Shown here: one piece after another, positions 56,601-64,000 of the stretch
How positions within the stretch are numbered: position 1 is the first letter of the stretch
Layout of the letters: every line of letters starts with the position of its first letter
From: Podarcis bocagei
Taxonomy: Eukaryota
DNA: 64,000 bases
Assembly (NCBI GenBank): GCA_964188305.1
Contig: OZ076898.1
Direction: 5' to 3' (one strand)
Notes under the pieces: model-generated
Seen by the model: the letters and a program-made list of their open reading frames with translations, nothing else
Database searches by the model: none
Told to the model about the DNA's origin: nothing
Position numbers and translations under genes: made by a program

Positions 56601-59600
56601 CTAGTGTTGCAGGATGGATTACAACAACAAAAGCACAGTGTTAAAAATATACACCTCAAATGTCAAAAGCCAAGGTAAAGAGGTGTATCTTTAGCATTTG
56701 CCGAAAGCTGCATAAAGAAGATGCCAGACACACCTCTACAGAGAACAATTCATTAAAGAATAATGAATAGTTCATTAATATTTACAGCCTTTTATCTGTT
56801 TCTCCCCTCTCACACACCAGGGCCTGTCACTACCTGACACTTGGCTGGACCTTTTCCTACCTGCTCTTTTTCCGCACAATCGCCTACTTTGGCTTCCCAG
56901 AGCCAACACCTTTCACCAATGCCGTGCAGCTCTTACTCACTCTCAAGGTAAGAGGGGCTGCGCTTTGGACGGGGGTGTGGGGAAGGGGCTCCCTAGGAAG
57001 CTCATTTCCCATGATGCCTTAATCTGTGTCTCCCAGATGGTGAGCTTAGCCAACGAAGTACAAGAACTCACTTGGGCGAAGAAACAGGATGTGACATCAT
57101 TTGCCAAGAGTCCACTGATTGGCGTGATCCCTAAAATGCCCGGACTGGTGGAGATACTGTGCTACAGTTATTGCTATGTTGGGCTCATGACAGGTACCTG
57201 AGTTACCTAACAGAAAGCAGTAGTCAAACTGGGTAGGGTGAAATATGTGTACAGCACCAAATTCTAGAGATGGGTTTGTCATGGTTACCACAGCTTTAAT
57301 CTGTATCCCTTCACCAAAATATGAAAATTGATGACAGGAGACAGAGGGCCTGGGGGTTCCCATTTTCTGTTTCAGTTTTCTTTTGAAGAGAGAGCAAGAT
57401 AAGAGATAAGAACAGAAAGTCCAAAGAACCAAGCATATTTCACCTTTGCCTGTTGTTCTAATCGTCACAGCTGCTGACTTTTGGTTTTTTGTTTTGTGGC
57501 ATGATTGTGTGTGCGTGTGTGTATCCGTAGTAGCACCAGCATGCCTCTGACCCTTGGTGTTTATGGAAATAATATGCCTTTCTTCCTCTCTCCATTCATT
57601 ATCTTTGTGTGTCTTTCCAGTTCATGTGTGGTAACGTTGATTGTTCTTTCCTTTTCTGCTTTGTGAGAACAGCACGAAAATATCCCAACGCTACTTCTGC
57701 GACAGATAATGAGGGCTTGGAATGAACGCTGAGATCCTGCAGGTTCTGCTTATGGCACCAGATCCCGTGAGAAGACATAGGGCTAGGCTACAGGGCGCAT
57801 CAGACTCTTACCCAGCACCCAAGCTACACATCCTCTTAAGACTGAAGTTATTAAGATGTGTGGTTGCATGAGAGGCTTTTGTGTGTCTTGGTTTTTCTGA
57901 GGAACAATTCATTTCTGTCTGCTCGTTGATCTCAATTTCTTTTTTCTTTTCTTTTCTTTTGCACCTAGGCCCGTTTTTTCGCTACCGCACTTACCACGAT
58001 TGGCTGAACCAGCCTAACTCCACAATCATCCCTAGCTGGAAACCGCTGCTTTCGAGAATGAAAATGATCCCCATCTTTGGGGTCTTTTTCCTGGTGGCAT
58101 CTCACTTCTTCCCCCTCCAATATGTCCGGAGCGACGCCTTCTACGAACAGGGACTTCTGTTCCGAATCTTCTACATGATACCCATCTTCTTCGTCTTCCG
58201 CATGCGCTTCTATGTCGCCTGGCTCTGCGCTGAATGCGCCTGCATTTCTGCTGCCTTCGGTGCCTATCCAACCACCGCCAAATCACGGTCAGGCGGTGGG
58301 CCCACTGTGGAATATGTGCCGATCAGCAGGTTAGTCAAGGAGATGTTCCCTGTCTGCAGTAGAAGATGGGCTAGATTTAGAGAATGGCATGGAACTGTCC
58401 TGCCCCCAGAAGGCAAGGTGTCATATTCTGACACATATACAGTCTTCAAGGGTAGCCCAATGTAGAGAGCACTGCAGTAGTCAATTCATGAGGGCGTTAA
58501 GATGTTCTTGTTTTGTTCACATTTCTAAAGCAACTCAGATGAAGGGGGAGCGTCCAGCATCACCTATGATTATGAGACAATCAAGAACATTGATCCACAT
58601 GGCACTGACTTCTGTGTCAAGGTGAAGGATGGCATGCGCTACTGGAACATGACTGTCCAATGGTGGTTGGCGCAGTACATTTACAAAAGCGCACCCGTCC
58701 GGTCCTATGTCTTAAGGTGAGCAAAGCAGTACCATTGGGGGGTATGGGGGAGATAGCCTGTTGGGGTGGATTGGTGTGAAGGTGGACTCTGAGGTTCTGA
58801 GATCAATTGCAGGGAAGGTTCTTCTGGGAACAGCCAGTAAAGAGGATTCTGGGATACGTGGTTGGTTGATTTGAAGACAGGTAGAGTAGAGAAATGCAAG
58901 CATGAGGGGGAGTAGCAGAAATATGCAGGTGAGTTAGGTGAGCAGTAGTGAGTAAAGAACTAAATGTTGAGCCAAAAATATTATTGCAACCTTGGATGGT
59001 GCAGTGGAACATTCTGGAATACAGTGGTACCTCGGGTTACATATGCTTCAGGTTACATAAGCTTCATGTTACAGACTCCTCTAACCCAGAACCCCATTAG
59101 CTAATGTGGTGCTTCAGGTTAAGAACAGTTTCAGGTTAAGTACGGACCTCCAGAATGAATTAAGTACTTAACCCGAGGTACCACTGTACAGTGGTACCTC
59201 TGGTTGCGAACAGGATCTGTTCTGGAGGTCTGGCTGTATCCCAGAGTTTTTGCAACTGGAGAGACCGCTTCTGTGCATGCACACACGGCGGTAGAACGCT
59301 TCTGCTCATGCGCAAGCGGCGAAACACTTGCGGGCTTGCCGCTTTCGGAACCTGAAGTTTACGTTACCCGAGGGTAACATAACGCGAAGTTCCACTGTAG
59401 ATGGAAAAAGCAAGGCAGTTGGCATGAAAGACTATGGAATGGTGGGAGTTGGTATATTCCCCCCCCCCACCTGCTTCAGTCATCACCTGAGTCCCTCCAA
59501 GAGTTGCCCTCAAGGGCTTAAGGGCCCAGTCACAAGTCTTTCCCCCATGTTGTCAACCTAAGAGGGCAGGGCTGTGGATGCAGCAGGGTCCAAACGAACC

Positions 59601-61200
59601 AAGGTTCAGTGCAGAGACTCCATCTAGGTCCAAACATGAACCAGGGACAAACTCAGGCATGTCCCAGATCAGCATCACATGGAGTCCAATTAAAGTACAG
59701 CACGGCAAAGCAGTGCTCACACATTAGAAGTTTATGAAATTATGCATGGCATGGAGAAAATGGATAGAGAAATGTTTTTCTTTCATGACATTGAAATCAT
59801 GGATGCCCAACGAAGCTGAATGTTGGAAGATTCAGGACAGGTAAAGAAAGTCCTTGTTCACACAATGCATTATCCCACAGGAGGTAGGAACAGCCAGCAA
59901 CTTAGATGGCTTTAAAAGAAGATTAGACAGATTCATGGAGGTTAAGTGCCTACTGTCCACAATGGCTATTCCTCCACAGTTGGAGGCAGTAATGCTTCAA
60001 AACAGCAGTTGCTTGAAACCACAGGAGGGGAGGGGATATTCTTATAGCAAAGCAAGGAAGCTAGAATCAGTGCCGTGAGCCAGAGACTTGTGCCGTTTCC
60101 AGCAGCTGGAAGATTCAAGAGGGAGGCCTTATATACTCTGGCCTCCTAAACCACACTCCTGAACAGCAGTTGGCATTGAAGGGCCTAAGCATTGACTTCA
60201 GGGGGCCCTGCCAGTTCCTCAAGGTCCTCAGTCTGCTTCATCCTCTGCAGGTCTGCATAACATGACTTAAGGATGTGAGGCTGGTGTCAAGTAGCTATAG
60301 TGTTTTTGTTTTTGTGATGCCTATCCTGAGGAATTCCTTGTAAGTGAGGTCCATCGGGCTCCATCACTATATTTTGTCAGGCGATTGGTGAAAACCTGGC
60401 TTTTAGAAAAGGCCATTGGGTTAATTGTGTCATCTTGCTGACTCAGTCCTATGTTTCAGAATAGAAAATTTTTTTAAAAAAGTATCAGACATAGTATTGT
60501 TACTGTTCTTGGCAGAGTATGAATAGCTGGTTGGCTGTGGGCCAAGAGAGGAAGAGCTGACAGAAGTGTAGGATATCAGCAACTTGGTTGTAGATAAGCT
60601 GAACTAGGAAGGCAACAAAATGTAAAGGGAAGCTTGGCTTGAGAGCTGCAGCGAAGGATTCTGGGATTGACTTGACCAATGTGTAACAACAGCAATGGAG
60701 GAGTCAAGGACTGATAAGTAGGGAAGTGTGAGGAGAAATGGTGAAGGGTTCTGGGATATGTGCTGGAATTGGCCTGAGGGGAGGATTCTTGGACTGAGAA
60801 GGCTCTCTTTCTTCCTAGGAGCGCCTGGACCATGCTCATCTCTGCATACTGGCATGGGATTCACCCTGGCTACTACCTCAGCTTCCTTACCATCCCACTC
60901 TGCCTAGCAGCTGAGGGGGCGATGGAGAGCGGTTTCTTGAGGCACCTGACCCCCGCCGGCCGTCTCTATGGCGACTGGGTGCAGTGGTTCCTGAAGATGA
61001 GGGCCTACGACTACATGTGCATGGGCTTTGTGCTGCTCACCTTCGAGGACACAGTCCGCTACTGGAGCTCCATCTATTATTGCATCCACTTGGGGGCATT
61101 GGCCATCTTCCTGCTGGGGAAAGGGCTGGGGCTCCAGAGAGGGCGAGCCTCCCAGAAGGACAAAGATGGTGCTTTGGAGAAACCCCAGCGGCAGGAGTGA
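54338..61200 (+). CDS. MBOAT7: Lysophosphatidylinositol acyltransferase 1 / membrane-bound O-acyltransferase 7, about 472 aa, 7 coding exons
   Basis: Exons 54338-54413, 55741-55870, 56821-56947, 57037-57193, 57969-58329, 58531-58716, 60819-61200. GT-AG introns, 1419 nt in frame. Peptides MSPDEVIYL...IPIGFLFKK, YCYVGLMTGPFFRYRTY, YWNMTVQWWLAQYIYK and catalytic SAYWHGIHPGYYLSF. Confidence 0.95.
56543..56598. repeat. (ATT)n microsatellite in MBOAT7 intron
   Basis: Directly visible. Confidence 0.95.
59022..59397. mobile_element. Two abutting TA-targeting MITEs (59022-59186 and 59189-59397) sharing one TA
   Basis: Each begins CAGTGGTACCTC and ends CCACTG. TA at 59020-21, 59187-88 and 59398-99. 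Internal sequences differ. Confidence 0.8.
59725..60030 (+). mobile_element. Degenerate CR1-type LINE 3' end in MBOAT7 intron
   Basis: gtttatgaaattatgcatggcatggagaaa...ggaagattcaggacag...gattagacagattcatggagg. Boundaries approximate. Confidence 0.6.
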
Positions 61201-61826
61201 TGCGGCTGAGGCAAGGCCGGCATAAGCCCGCAACGTGGAGTGCTGCCAAAGGCCCTGGAGGCTGAGGGAGCAGATGGGACTCAAGATAAGACTTGTTTTT
61301 TTAACGTGTGTTTCATCGTTGAAACCATCGTTGAGGATCCGACTATAAGGAACCAGGAGTTGAGTCTCGAAAACTCAGCTCCTCACTTGTTCTCATACCT
61401 GAGGACTTAGGAATACCATAACCCAGTGCCACCTCACTAGGCACCAGTGTTTCCCTGGGGCGTGTGTGGGGAGGGAACTCCCAGAAATCTTATCTTCTAA
61501 CACCTTTGACTATTAGATTTTCCTACTGGCTTTTGTTCACCTTCCAAGAAAGGTCAGAAGTCCTGGCTCCTAGCATCTCTCCAGAACTTGCTTCCTCTTT
61601 CTTTTCTATTTTTTTTTAAACCCCAAACACACAGGAAGAGAAACTGGGACTTTGCAAGAATGAGCAGGGCTCCATTCCTATCCTCATTCCCATCCGTTCC
61701 CAGCTCTCACCTTGGAAGTGGGGGTTTACTGCCACAATTGTACCCTTTAAAGTGTATGTGGCAGGTGGAAGAGAATATTGCAGATTTGCTTCTGGGTAGT
61801 AGGTAATCTGAGGATACTAAGGTAAA

Positions 61827-61925
61827 AACACCGGCTCCCTCGGCCTGAAAGCAAGATGAGGGCTGCAACCCCATAGTCACCTTTGGCAGGACTTAACTGT
61901 CCAGGGGTCCTTTACCTTTACCTTT
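61827..61925 (+). mobile_element. 5'-truncated Sauria SINE / Bov-B-type tail
   Basis: Matches the 3' end of the 46400 copy, with tail CCTTTACCTTTACC. 12-bp TSD TACTAAGGTAAA at 61815-61826 and 61926-61937. Confidence 0.75.
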
Positions 61926-62470
61926 TACTAAGGTAAATAAAAGCCCCAACTTCCTTCAGGGAACTCTGCAAAAACCTGTGAGGCTGTGATTTCCACCACC
62001 CCCACTCCCGAAAGAAAACAGGCGTGTGATTCTTGGAGGTGTAAGGACACCTCTGGGTTGAGGAGTTTAGCTCGGTAAGGCTAATGCTTTAAGTACTGTG
62101 GAATGGGAGAAGCCGAAACTAAAAAGCAAGATGAAATTTTGCACGCCACGTCAACAACATTTAAAAATGTATCAGTGGTGATCTTCAGTTATAGGGAGCT
62201 GGTTCAAGTGGCAGCAAATTTAAGCTTGTGGCTTGCAGAATTTGCTTTAGGACACACAAATTCTTGTCTCATGGTTCTAAAACCTTTTTATGTATGTTGG
62301 GTTGGGAGCCCTGTGGGTTTTACACTGCAGAACCCATGACTTAACTGTATTTTTTGCCTGCCGCATGGATTACGTCTTTGCGTTCTGAAGAAAGTAAGGT
62401 ATAAAACAGCTCATCTCTATAAACATTGTGATCCAGGTCTGATGCAGCTTTATTGGAAGCCTGAATGTGA

Positions 62471-62476
62471 AATAAA
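62471..62476 (+). terminator. Candidate MBOAT7 polyadenylation signal
   Basis: AATAAA followed by T-rich sequence, 1.27 kb after the stop. Another AATAAA lies at about 61936. Confidence 0.4.
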
Positions 62477-63170
62477 AACCTTTTTTTATATATATAAAAA
62501 AAGAACCATCTCTTATTTATTCAGCTCCTTGCTTATCCTCCAGAGGGCAGTAAATGACAATCCCCAAGCCTTGAAAATAGTGTTCTCTTTATTGCTGTTG
62601 CAAATAATTGGATTTCAGCAGTTCCCAGCATAGAAATAATTGCCACATGTAATTTGAAAGTGGACTTCTATTAACTGCAAGAATCCTTCCCTGGACATAT
62701 AAAGCAATTCTATGACTTCTACAGCAGTTAACACTGCGACTGAGGAGGAGGAAGCTGGCAGACAATACTATCCCCTGTATTGGGCTGTAAGTAAGAAGGC
62801 AGGCAGGTGGGGCTCAGGGAAGACTGAAGATGGTGTAGCAGTGCCCCATTTGCTCTAATGGTCCAGCCTTCGCTGCAGCCAGATCTCACTTTTTATATGC
62901 ATAAGCAGCAGTAATCCCAGAATCCTTTGCTGCTTCGCCTTTCCAGTTCAAATCGGCTCGTCGCAAGTCTTACTGTTCAACCAAATCCCCACAAACTTCT
63001 ATCAGTATCAGAAGCCTCTGCAGCTTAACCTTTTCCATGTCAGACGATGATGCCATGTGGATCTGTGTGCTGTTTTAAAGGACCTTTCTGGTGACTTTAC
63101 TATTAAAAGACCGAAAGCGGCTGCACACATTATTTGATTAGACATAAGCCTTAAGATATCTTAAAGAGTA

Positions 63171-63396
63171 CAGTGGTACCTCAGATTAAGTACTTAATTC
63201 GTTCCGGGGGTCCATTCTTAACCTGAAACTGTTCTTGACCTGAAGCACCACTTTAGCTAATGGGGCCTCCTGCTGCCGCCATGCCACCGGAGCCCGATTT
63301 CTGTTCTTATCCTGAAGCAAAGTTCTTAACCTGAGGCACTATTTGTGGGTTAGCAGAGTGTGTAACCTGAAACCTATGTAACCCGAGGTACCACTG
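63171..63396. mobile_element. CAGTGGTACCTC-family MITE
   Basis: TIRs and TA TSD. Reverse orientation relative to the 5751 copy. Confidence 0.85.
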
Positions 63397-64000
63397 TATA
63401 TACACACTCAAGTGTGTCATGTGTGAATGTGACAAACAGCAAACAGATTTATTACCAGCACATGCTTGTCAACTTCGTGTTGAGTGGTACACCCAGGTTC
63501 GAGACTGCATAGCACCTCAAATGGCCTGTTTTCTATTTTGATCAAATTTTTTAAAAAGTGTTTCCAAAGGGTCAACATACACTATTCCAGAGGCAACTGT
63601 ACCACTTTTAAAAGGTCTTGTAGTAAAGATAAACATCTCTTTGCCACTGCTACTGCTTCTAGGCTTCAGGTCTGTTTGTTGCCAAGTTACTGCCTTTGTT
63701 CATGGGACAAGCCATCCGGAGAAATCATTAATCCATGCCCAGCCTTGTCTTAGTTCCTTGTTCCTTGTTCGTTCTACTGGCAAGAGTAAAGTGCACTGAA
63801 CAGAAACTAGAGAAATACAACCTGCAGCTATGGGCGACGGCCAGGAAAGCAGTTATGAGAGGAGAGAATACAAAGCAGGTATGTGGTGGTCTTTTCCCCC
63901 TATAGATTGCTGGTTTGATCTGGGACTGATTGGTCGCAAAAATCCTCTAGCTTTTGAAATCTGTTGTTACTCTACCACTGTCACCGCCTGATCTGGAAGC

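Overview
Eukaryotic genomic DNA, most likely from a squamate, probably a lacertid lizard (inferred from Sauria-SINE, tRNA/CR1-tail SINE and MITE content). The right half holds three complete spliced genes: GRWD1 (+, 7 coding exons, 36879-41306), TSEN34 (-, 4 coding exons, 47653-43473) and MBOAT7 (+, 7 coding exons, 54338-61200). TSEN34 and MBOAT7 are head-to-head around a CCAAT-rich promoter. The left half has no host CDS I can recognise. It contains a very young, intact 5470-bp Ty3/Gypsy chromovirus (Tf1/sushi type) at 8203-13672 with identical 408-bp LTRs and a GTAGC target-site duplication (TSD). This element is the most interesting object in the window. It has an 11-nt self-priming PBS and a G_GUA_AAA slip site followed by an H-type pseudoknot. 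Its Pol ORF runs through the PPT and about 100 codons into the 3' LTR. Behind a chromodomain with an incomplete aromatic cage, its integrase tail carries two tandem acidic [F/L]xGF motifs that resemble host LEDGF-IBD/TND-binding motifs, a possible undescribed integration-tethering strategy. The remainder is L1/CR1 fragments, SINEs, nested TA-targeting and hAT MITEs, microsatellites and a YY1/RFX motif cluster at about 35 kb.
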